From positions 1,184,001-1,248,000 of the forward strand of contig CBDCXV010000001.1 in NCBI GenBank assembly GCA_965223905.1: 64,000 bases of DNA, written 5' to 3'. The first letter of the stretch is position 1, and each line of letters opens with the position of its first letter. The position numbers were made by a program, and so were the translations under genes. The notes below the pieces were generated by a model. That model was not told the DNA's origin. It ran no database searches and worked only from the letters and a program-made list of their open reading frames with translations. Of this stretch, positions 29,812 to 37,801 are shown piece by piece. Origin of the DNA: Candidatus Latescibacterota bacterium. GTDB lineage: Bacteria; Latescibacterota; UBA2968; UBA8231.

Positions 29812-32166
29812 TCAATAAGCGACTGCGATGACGCCGGTAGCGGTCGATACGACGCCGACGGAAGTCGACACTCTGGGTCCGGCGTCCACGGAAACCGAAT
29901 AGATGTAATTGCCAGGCGGCGTCAGGTCGCCGCCGGCGTCGGTGCCATCCCAAGGCCAGGCAAAACGACCGCTGCTGCGAAGCTCCTCACGGCTCACGAT
30001 CAAGCGCCCCGAGAGATCGTAGATCTTTATCTGCACCAATGTGGGAGCCCCGATATTCGTGAGGTCGAAGCGGATGAGGGACCTGTCGTTGGCACCGTCT
30101 CCGTTCGGCGTCACGACAGGCGGGTCGGCTTCCACGTTTACGAGCAGGTTCGGGGTAATCGGCACGACCACCGACAGGTTCCTCGAACCGAGACTGCCGA
30201 CGGGCCGTTGAGGTGGGTCGGGATCGGGCCGATCGGGCCTGCTGAGATCCGCCGCATTGCCGGCGATAACCGACTGACCCACGACGGGATTGTCGGCATT
30301 GCGCACCCGCGCCGTGAACTGGGTGCCGAAGCGCAGAACGGCATTGTCGAAGTCGACCCTGATCAGACCGCCGCTCTGCATCCGCGGAAACGAAATGACG
30401 AAGCCGTCGTCCCGCACCTCGGTGATGGAGATGTTGTCGGCCGTGAGGGGCAGAGCTTCGTCGCTCAGAGCGCTGCCGGAAAAATCGGCCCGCTCCACGA
30501 CTCCGTCCGACCCGCTGATGACGACCTCGCGCACGGCGGACGTCCGCAAGGGGGTGTCGATCTCCAGCTGATCGAAACCGATGCCACGAGGGCCGGGCCG
30601 GTTCAAAACCGCGTAGGTAAACGGTGTCGTCTCGCCTACGACCGCGGTGCGCGGCAGGATCTCGGCGATCAGGGAATCTGTCAACGCCGGCCGCGACACG
30701 TCGAAAGCGAGCCCTCCGAGGCCGGTGGCGGAGTCGAAGGAACCATTTTCGAACTCCACCATGAACTGGAAGTATCGCCGCGGGTTCGGCGAGGTGACCG
30801 GCACCCCGGCTCCCAGACTCCCCAGCGCGTCACTCTCCACGAGTCCAGACAGGGAATACGGAGCGGACCAGTCACTCCAGTTGGTCAGGTCGTCCTTCAG
30901 ATTTCTCTTGTCGCTGTCGGCTACGCCCGCGTAGTAGTCCCGATCGATCTCGAGCTCCAGTCTCTGCTCGAGGGGCAGCTCACTGAAGAAGAGGAGGGCC
31001 TCTCTGCCATCGACATCGGGGTTGTCCAGGACGGTCGTCACGATGCTCTTCAACTCGGCATCCTCGACGTCGGCCGCCCGTTTCCACAGAGCGTCGATAG
31101 GGATGTCGTGCGGCTGTATCCCGCCGCTGCCGAGCACGGACGCCGATGTCACGTGCACGAGGATGACGCGTCCCGACGCCTGCAGTCCAACGCGGGGATA
31201 CACGATTGGCTGCGGATCGACGCCGGTGCGGGTGCGGATCTGCGCCTTCGCCAAGAACGGATCGCCCCTGTGCTCGAGAACCCAGCGGATGTTCCCCAGC
31301 AGGGAGGGCTCGTCAAAATCGAAGACGTTCGAGACGTATCTGGCCTCGGGCACATAGCCGCGGGCGAAGATCTGGAATTCGGCGATCTCGAAGTCTGTAT
31401 TGGAGAGCGATTTGAGCCTCAGATGACGGACGAACTGCGGCTCGAATTTCAGGTCGACCACCGCGTCCTCGTTCTGGGGCACGAATCCCCCATCGAGATT
31501 CGGGAAACGGAGGATGTTGTCGCGTTCGTTCTCCGGCGCTCCGTCGTTGACGAAGATCTCGAACCCCTTGAGGAAGTCCCTCTGAAACGGATATCGAGGT
31601 GCGGGATAGTCGGAGTCGGCGTTGCGAGGAAAGAACTTGATCCGGTTGATGCCGAAGATGGCTCCCAGGTCGAACTGGATGATCATGCCGAAGGCGTTGG
31701 CGCTCTGCCCGGGCTCGTCCGCCCGCACCTCGAGGGCGGTGTCCCCGTCGTCGTCGATCATGAGGGAAAAGCTCTTCTCGAGATCGCGAAAGCCGAAGGT
31801 CGGCGTGGTCATGCTGCCGCCGCGCGCCTCCAGGGCGAGCATGATGTTCTGAGTGGTGTCCGCTCGTTGCGGAAAGATCCAGTTCGCCCTGTCCGCCACG
31901 CCGAAATCGATGACCCCGCCGGGAGCGTTCGTCTGTTCCACGGAGTGGGCCCCCCGGATTACGATCGCATCGATTTTTTTACACCGGTCGCACGATGCTC
32001 CTTCCCGACGCCAGACCTCACCTCGTTCACCGCCCACGATGACGGCCTGGGTCTGGGCTTGCGCCGAGGCCAGCCACCCCGTCGCTACTACTACGAGGAC
32101 TCCAGCGGCTCCGGCGCCGAAGCGCGGCAGCTGGTGGGGGATGACGATGCGCTTCGTCCGTATCAT
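29812..32166 (-). CDS. Secreted discoidin-like protein with FlgD/T9SS-like C-terminal domain
   Basis: Signal peptide; 'IQFDLG...INRIKFFP', 'EIAEFQIFARGY', 'SPNPRRYFQF'; CTD 'TPNGDGAND...IYDLSGRL...WDGTD...VIAVAY'. Confidence 0.85.
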   Translation of the reverse strand: MIRTKRIVIPHQLPRFGAGAAGVLVVVATGWLASAQAQTQAVIVGGERGEVWRREGASCDRCKKIDAIVIRGAHSVEQTNAPGGVIDFGVADRANWIFPQRADTTQNIMLALEARGGSMTTPTFGFRDLEKSFSLMIDDDGDTALEVRADEPGQSANAFGMIIQFDLGAIFGINRIKFFPRNADSDYPAPRYPFQRDFLKGFEIFVNDGAPENERDNILRFPNLDGGFVPQNEDAVVDLKFEPQFVRHLRLKSLSNTDFEIAEFQIFARGYVPEARYVSNVFDFDEPSLLGNIRWVLEHRGDPFLAKAQIRTRTGVDPQPIVYPRVGLQASGRVILVHVTSASVLGSGGIQPHDIPIDALWKRAADVEDAELKSIVTTVLDNPDVDGREALLFFSELPLEQRLELEIDRDYYAGVADSDKRNLKDDLTNWSDWSAPYSLSGLVESDALGSLGAGVPVTSPNPRRYFQFMVEFENGSFDSATGLGGLAFDVSRPALTDSLIAEILPRTAVVGETTPFTYAVLNRPGPRGIGFDQLEIDTPLRTSAVREVVISGSDGVVERADFSGSALSDEALPLTADNISITEVRDDGFVISFPRMQSGGLIRVDFDNAVLRFGTQFTARVRNADNPVVGQSVIAGNAADLSRPDRPDPDPPQRPVGSLGSRNLSVVVPITPNLLVNVEADPPVVTPNGDGANDRSLIRFDLTNIGAPTLVQIKIYDLSGRLIVSREELRSSGRFAWPWDGTDAGGDLTPPGNYIYSVSVDAGPRVSTSVGVVSTATGVIAVAY

Positions 32167-32168
32167 TT

Positions 32169-34976
32169 CTATCTCTGTACTCCGGCGTATATGGCGATGA
32201 AGCTGGTGGTCTCCGTGCGGTCCTTGCTCACCTTCTGGAAGGCGCCCGTATCCGTCCCCCGCACCCGCTCTGCGAAGATGCGCGCCACGCGCAGGCCGAC
32301 CTGGGTCGTCAGCAGGTACCCCTCGTAACTCGACTGGTTCGTCATCTGTAGCGCGACGTTCATGGAGCGCTCGTCCCCGGTCGCTCCCACCTGACCGAGT
32401 TCCACCATCTCGTCTTCGTCCGCGACGCGGTCGTCGAACTGAGCGAGCTCGAGACCTGTGGTGATGGTGCTGTGAGACATATAGGGGAACGAGGCGGTGA
32501 GCATGGCGATTCCCAACCAGTGTTTCAGATCGTCCTCTTCCAGCACCAACGAGTCTCGTCGCAGATACTCGCTCTTCAGCCTCGGCCGCAGCGCCAGGGG
32601 CCCGAGGTTGAAGTCGTACTCGACCTTGTTGACAAGCCCGTACATGCTCGGCGAGTCGGCCATGGGCCGGTTCGTGAGATCGCGCGGATCGTCGTCAGCA
32701 TGGTTGAAGAGCTCATACTTCAGCTTGTTCACCAGCTTCACGTTGGAGATCGCCGTGTAGTCGAACTGTAGCCAGGCCGTGTTGATCCACGTGTCCTGTG
32801 CCGGCAGAATGTCAGCCGCCACGGGCCGATTGATCTCGCCGAAGACGGCCGACGCCACCACCCGGTCGTCCGGGATCGTGTCCGAAGCCCGCTTCAGCAT
32901 ATCGAAGAAGCGCAGCCGACCCAGCCCGGGATAACCCTTGTCGAACGTAAGCAGTCCGTAGTTTGTAACATTGTCGCGATTGTCTGACAGCATGCGTTCG
33001 TTCGTACGACCCACCATCACGCGCGTCGCCGGAGTCAGGTGGGTGCCCACGAAGGCGTTGTAGCCTTTGCGGTCTCCCTTGTAGGGATAGTCGGGCAGCT
33101 CGTCGTCTTCGAAGCGGTCGATCCAGCCGTTGTTGTTCAGATCGATGCCGAAAAGAACTTCCGGCCGGTCCACGTCGTGGCGCAGAAAGGGCTCCTCGTA
33201 GTCCGGCAAGGCATTGGGCACCGCCCTGTTGTCGTTCTGGTTGAAATCCGAGATGAAGTCGTTGTTTTCGTCCCATCCGGGAAAGATATCCGTGTCGCCT
33301 GCCGTAGAGCCTGCTCGAACCCAATCAGGCAGCGCGTCCTGATCGTCGTTGTCGTCCACGAATTCGTAGACGGAGGCGCCGGGCGCGTTGTATTGGATGT
33401 TGCCGCTCGTGTCCACGATGAAGACGTTGGTGGTATAATCGAGGTCGATGTCGTATGCCTCACCGTAGACGAAAAGCGGATACTCTTGCTTGGAGATGGT
33501 GAGATAGCGGGCGTCGGCCGTGCGCCGCGATATCTTGTGGCCCTTGTTGGAGTTGAACAGGGCGGCGTTGGGATACTGGGCGTAGCGGAAATTGCGATCC
33601 CACTCGCCGTAGAAATCGATGCCCCAGATGTTACTGCCCTGGAGTGTGAACCCGGCGACGACGCTCGCCGTCGGCAGCCCGTAGTCGAACCTCACCCGCT
33701 GGATATTCGAGATGTCCTCCACGTTGCCGGAAGCGCGCTTCACGAGCAACAGGGCCGGCTCCCTCTCGTCGATGACGTCGGCGGTCAGCGGCGGCAGAGG
33801 CACCCCTCTCCGGGCGGTCTGCCTGTCGGACCAGATCTCGATTTTGAAGTCATTGGCCAGAACGCAGTCGAACTCCACGGCGACGATGCTCGTCACCTCG
33901 GGGCCGAGGTAATCGGGGTCGGTGAAGTCGTAGTTCAGGATGATGCGTTCGTCGCCGTCAGCGGCGAGGAATCCGGCGCGTTCGAAGCCGCCGAACACGG
34001 CCGGCCACTCCGTGCCGGGGCGAACCACCTGCTCGAGCGTCCACACCGTCTCCCTTCCGGTGTCGAAGTCGCGGCTGGTGATGCGGATGTCGTGAGCGAA
34101 CAGAGCCGCACCCCCTTTCCCGTCCTGCGGCGAGTCGTCGCTGAGAATGACGGCAATGGCGGACATCGGTGAGCTGCTCTGTCCGGCGGTCAGGTTCCCC
34201 GCCACGAAGTTGCCGTCGAACATGTCGAGTGCGGCATTCGAATTGCGGGCATCCACCAGCGTGCCGCCGATGGTGATGAAGTCACCCACCTGCGCCGTGG
34301 CGCGCCCGGCGATCATACTCGTCGAGTTCGTCTGGCGCCGCGGCGCCGGAAACGTTCCGGACAGCGGATCGCTGATTCGCGATGCGAGAACGGTGAGGGC
34401 GTATTTGTCGGAGAGGAGGTCCGCCTGCACGCCGTTGAAGGTGGGTTTGGAAAACGTCATCGGCGTCAAGGTAGTGCGGAGGCGATTGCCCACGGTGATG
34501 GCGTAGGCGTTCTGGCCCTTTTCGTCGCTGGCTATGGTGACGGAGGTGAACCACTGCTCGAACCGGCTGGTCTTGAATATGCTGCTGCCGTCTTCCTTGG
34601 GCTGATCCTGGCGCCAGTCGTAGATCAGCCAGCCGCGGCTCACGAAATCGCCGTAGAAGTCGAAAAAGTAGTCTCCTTCTAAAAGCGTGTTTACGTAGCG
34701 CTGGAACGGATAGCGGGCGTAGTTGGTGAATTCCCATTGCCGCCACCGGTACTCGGCGTGCAACTCCTGAGGGGCGTACCAATGATGTAAAGACGGGGTA
34801 AGAGCGCCAAAGAGGACGCCGGGGCCGCGCGGCTCCCAACTGACTTCGCCGCCGCGCTGTATGCCGACGCGGGCGCCGTAATCCTGCGTACCGGCCGAGG
34901 CGGCGGCGCAAGCCAACCACGTTCCGACGACGACTGTGAGCGTACCGGGGAGTTTCACATCGAGGAAGATAGACAT
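32169..34976 (-). CDS. Large exported protein, putative outer-membrane beta-barrel (paralogue 1); start uncertain
   Basis: Colinear with paralogue 2 over the full length; ends FIAIYAGVQR. Confidence 0.8.
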   Translation of the reverse strand: MSIFLDVKLPGTLTVVVGTWLACAAASAGTQDYGARVGIQRGGEVSWEPRGPGVLFGALTPSLHHWYAPQELHAEYRWRQWEFTNYARYPFQRYVNTLLEGDYFFDFYGDFVSRGWLIYDWRQDQPKEDGSSIFKTSRFEQWFTSVTIASDEKGQNAYAITVGNRLRTTLTPMTFSKPTFNGVQADLLSDKYALTVLASRISDPLSGTFPAPRRQTNSTSMIAGRATAQVGDFITIGGTLVDARNSNAALDMFDGNFVAGNLTAGQSSSPMSAIAVILSDDSPQDGKGGAALFAHDIRITSRDFDTGRETVWTLEQVVRPGTEWPAVFGGFERAGFLAADGDERIILNYDFTDPDYLGPEVTSIVAVEFDCVLANDFKIEIWSDRQTARRGVPLPPLTADVIDEREPALLLVKRASGNVEDISNIQRVRFDYGLPTASVVAGFTLQGSNIWGIDFYGEWDRNFRYAQYPNAALFNSNKGHKISRRTADARYLTISKQEYPLFVYGEAYDIDLDYTTNVFIVDTSGNIQYNAPGASVYEFVDDNDDQDALPDWVRAGSTAGDTDIFPGWDENNDFISDFNQNDNRAVPNALPDYEEPFLRHDVDRPEVLFGIDLNNNGWIDRFEDDELPDYPYKGDRKGYNAFVGTHLTPATRVMVGRTNERMLSDNRDNVTNYGLLTFDKGYPGLGRLRFFDMLKRASDTIPDDRVVASAVFGEINRPVAADILPAQDTWINTAWLQFDYTAISNVKLVNKLKYELFNHADDDPRDLTNRPMADSPSMYGLVNKVEYDFNLGPLALRPRLKSEYLRRDSLVLEEDDLKHWLGIAMLTASFPYMSHSTITTGLELAQFDDRVADEDEMVELGQVGATGDERSMNVALQMTNQSSYEGYLLTTQVGLRVARIFAERVRGTDTGAFQKVSKDRTETTSFIAIYAGVQR

Positions 34977-35029
34977 ACTGAACTCGTTGTGCGAGCATGG
35001 GTTGCGCTCTACCAGGACTCCTGGCCGAT

Positions 35030-35075
35030 CCGGAGCGAGACGCTGTGCGCCAGTCCGCTTATGGCCTCGCGCGCT
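35030..35075. repeat. 46-bp exact copy of 37811-37856 (3' end of the GH42-like gene)
   Basis: ccggagcgagacgctgtgcgccagtccgcttatggcctcgcgcgct is present at both sites. Confidence 0.95.
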
Positions 35076-35099
35076 GCTCTGATCGTCGAACAAACATCG

Positions 35100-37094
35100 C
35101 TACATATATCCCAAGATCCGTCCCTTATCGACGGTGAGCGCGTAGATTACACCCCACATGCCCCCTACTACCACCTGTCCGAGAATCAAACCCAGAAAGA
35201 ACGGTTTCAGGCCCTGAAACAGCTTGCTTCCCCCCACGTGCAGGATAATGGCCTTCAGCAACCAGGCGAGAAAGGCGGAGAACCAGATCGAGCTCGTCAG
35301 CCATCCCACGGCAATCACCAGCCCGATGGGGTGCAGAGGCCACCAGTGCCAGCGGTAGTGCGCCCACATCAAAAACCACTCGATTGATCCGCCGATTCCC
35401 TTGAACAGCCATCCCCTCATGTTGGCGTCTGGCAACTTCTCGATCGTCGGACCTATGTAGGGCCAGCCATGGCCGCCAGTCCATTTGAGCTGGGCCAGGT
35501 TGATGGCGCCGTGGCTGTAGGACATGTTGAGTGTCGTGAACAGCGATGCTCCGAGGCTGGCGATCAGCGCGATCATCAAACCCCAGAACAATCGTGTCTT
35601 GCTCCCCCGTATGCTCTCGGCCAGCTTGAGCCCGTTGGAGGCGGCAACCATGGGCGAGGTGCGCGACTCTCCCTGCCAGATGAAGGTAAAGGTGAGCGCT
35701 ATCAGCCCCTTGGCTCCCAGAATCGACGTCCCGAACCCCGATATGATGAAATAGGCCGGCACGATCGGGCTGCGGGCCGTCGGCACGCCCGCCGTCGCCA
35801 CGACGCGGGCGACGAGGGCGAAGAAAATGAGACTGACGATGACAAGCACCGGGACGAACACGAGAGGCACGCCCGAGCGCCACAGCCATATGCAGACGAT
35901 GACGAAGCTGACGAGAAACCCGACGGCGGCGGTGCGGTAGCGCAACAGCTCCTCGCTGTCGACGCCGCGGCGCGCCGGATTCCAGGCCGTGTTCAGCATA
36001 TCCCGTAGGTGGACGCGGGCGCTCCACAGTCCGAAGAGGATGAAGACGATGACGGCGCCCGTCTGCTGATGGGTCAAATCCGCGGCGATCGGGTAGGACT
36101 CGTAGGCGCTCAGTCGTTCGGTGCTGGCGATACCGAGCACGTTGAAAATCCCCTCCTGCACCCTGCACAGGACGTAGAAGAACCAGATACTGAAGATGAG
36201 ATCGAGGCTGGCCAGATAGAAGAAGCCGATGTAGGCGAAGTTGACTGTCAGACCCAACGTCACCGTGTCGCGAAACAGCGTGAGGGCGCCCCCTATGTGC
36301 GGGTCCGGGAGGAACGGCCAGAAGAAGTTGAGTCCCTTGAAGGAGAAGAACACGAACGGCACGGCGAATCCCACCCACATGACTTTCCGTTTGAACAGCG
36401 GCGCAATTTGCGATGTCATGCTCCTGTCGTTCTCGAGCATGCTCTGTGGCAGCTGCATCATCGGATAGGCCAGGCGCTCGTGCACCGACCACTGCCGGTG
36501 CAGGATGGCGCTCATGCAGATGAGCATGAAGCCCATGACGACGATGAGGCCGAGCCAGTACGCCATCGGCTCCACCCACGATTCCCACGGAATCGAGGCT
36601 CCTTTCGGCAACCCTTCGTAGTATCCCTTGATCGCCTCGCGATCCTGTGGCACCATCCATGTCGGTATTTGATCGTGAAAGAGCTCCTCGAACCTGTTCT
36701 CCGGAGAGGCGTAGTAGTACGGGTAGACCAGCGTTCCGATGAGAAAGAACACGAGACCCCAAGTGGGCACCGTGACCGCCATGAGGAGCATGCAGTAGAT
36801 GAGCACGAGGTCTGCCTTCGACAACTGGAAGCGACGGCCGAGATAGCCGACGATGATGTTGACGACGAGGACACAGACGAAAAAGAAGATGGCCCCGGGA
36901 GAAGAGGGGTTGTAGCCGATCAGGTAGTACTGGTATACCACCACGAAGGGGGCGACGATACCGATGGCTAGGCAAAGAGCCGTGCCGAGAATGAGCCCCT
37001 TGAGGCTGAAGGCAGAACTTGCCACGCTATCTCCGATCGCCGAGAGCCGTGTCTGAGATACGGCACTCACGAGAAACCACAGACTCGAGGCCAT
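35100..37094 (-). CDS. DUF6785/DUF6784 polytopic membrane protein (putative peptide/OPT-like transporter); real start probably GTG near 37026
   Basis: Many TM helices; 'ILHRQWSVHERLAYPM' and 'WWPLHPIG' signatures; 'KPFFLGLILG'. Confidence 0.8.
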   Translation of the reverse strand: MASSLWFLVSAVSQTRLSAIGDSVASSAFSLKGLILGTALCLAIGIVAPFVVVYQYYLIGYNPSSPGAIFFFVCVLVVNIIVGYLGRRFQLSKADLVLIYCMLLMAVTVPTWGLVFFLIGTLVYPYYYASPENRFEELFHDQIPTWMVPQDREAIKGYYEGLPKGASIPWESWVEPMAYWLGLIVVMGFMLICMSAILHRQWSVHERLAYPMMQLPQSMLENDRSMTSQIAPLFKRKVMWVGFAVPFVFFSFKGLNFFWPFLPDPHIGGALTLFRDTVTLGLTVNFAYIGFFYLASLDLIFSIWFFYVLCRVQEGIFNVLGIASTERLSAYESYPIAADLTHQQTGAVIVFILFGLWSARVHLRDMLNTAWNPARRGVDSEELLRYRTAAVGFLVSFVIVCIWLWRSGVPLVFVPVLVIVSLIFFALVARVVATAGVPTARSPIVPAYFIISGFGTSILGAKGLIALTFTFIWQGESRTSPMVAASNGLKLAESIRGSKTRLFWGLMIALIASLGASLFTTLNMSYSHGAINLAQLKWTGGHGWPYIGPTIEKLPDANMRGWLFKGIGGSIEWFLMWAHYRWHWWPLHPIGLVIAVGWLTSSIWFSAFLAWLLKAIILHVGGSKLFQGLKPFFLGLILGQVVVGGMWGVIYALTVDKGRILGYM

Positions 37095-37104
37095 CCCGTC
37101 AAGA

Positions 37105-37535
37105 GGTCGAGATCAGACGCTGCACGCCAAGATCGGGCAGCTGACCGTCGAGAACGATTTCTTGTCTCGCGCCTTCGGCCGTTGAGCCGCGACCGAAGGG
37201 TAACGATGATCGATCCGAATCATCCCCGGCTCCCTATCGTGCGCCAGTGCACCTTGGTCGCCATCTCGCGCTCCACCTACTACTACGCGAGTCGAGGGGA
37301 AAGTTCCTTTAACTTGCAGTTGATGTGCCGCATCGACGAGCAGTTTCTGGCCACCCCGTGGTATGGGTCCCGCCAGATGGCCCGTCACCTTCGGCGCCAG
37401 GGCCATGGGGTCGGCAGCAAGCGGGTGCGCCGCTTGATGCGACGGATGGGACTGACGGCCATCTACCGCAAGCCGTCGACGTCGTCGCCGGATTGGGCGA
37501 CGCGCACGGTGCTTTCGTGGCGGATGTCGAATACC
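37105..37535 (+). mobile_element. IS3-family remnant (OrfA end plus truncated OrfB)
   Basis: 'TLHAKIGQLTVENDFL', 'RQCTLVAISRSTYYY', 'WYGSRQM...KRVRRLMRRMGL' and 'DWATRTVLSWRMSNTL'. Confidence 0.8.
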
Positions 37536-37698
37536 CTGCGCCAGCAGCAGCCCAATGTCCTCGACTATCTCACTCTGGCCTGTCACGCCGCCGTGCGGCA
37601 GCAGCCGGCTCCCTCGCTTTTGCTCCCAACCCACTCCGTCATTCAGTAGTCTCTCCCGCGACCGCTCCCAGGCCACAGCCAGGGAACTGAACGGTTAC
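37532..37698 (+). mobile_element. IS66-family right end (TnpC C-terminus plus TIR)
   Basis: 'TLRQQQPNVLDYLTLAC...PAPSLL'; ends ...GAACTGAACGGTTAC, matching the TIR of the MITE at 17816-18015. Confidence 0.75.
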
Positions 37699-37772
37699 TT
37701 CCGGCACTCCTCGACGAGGATTTCCGGTTCGTCGGTGTCCAGGTAGTCGTCGATCGTGGCTCCGAGCCGCAT
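37699..37772 (-). pseudogene. N-terminal stub of a gene cut by the IS66 end (possibly a TIM-barrel sugar isomerase)
   Basis: RBS AGGAGG then MRLGATIDDYLDTDEPEILVEECR, abutting the IS end. Confidence 0.5.
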
Positions 37773-37801
37773 CGGCGGTTCCCTCCTAAACCGGCCTCGG
37801 A

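Noticed and set aside
30208-32328. Long antisense ORFs (e.g. 30208-32328, 48391-50058, 15242-16654, 10438-11745) and the overlapping same-strand ORFs 35125-36975 and 57057-58793
   Set aside because: These are shadow frames of real high-GC genes, with Arg/Pro/Gly-biased or VEVD-type translations and no motifs.
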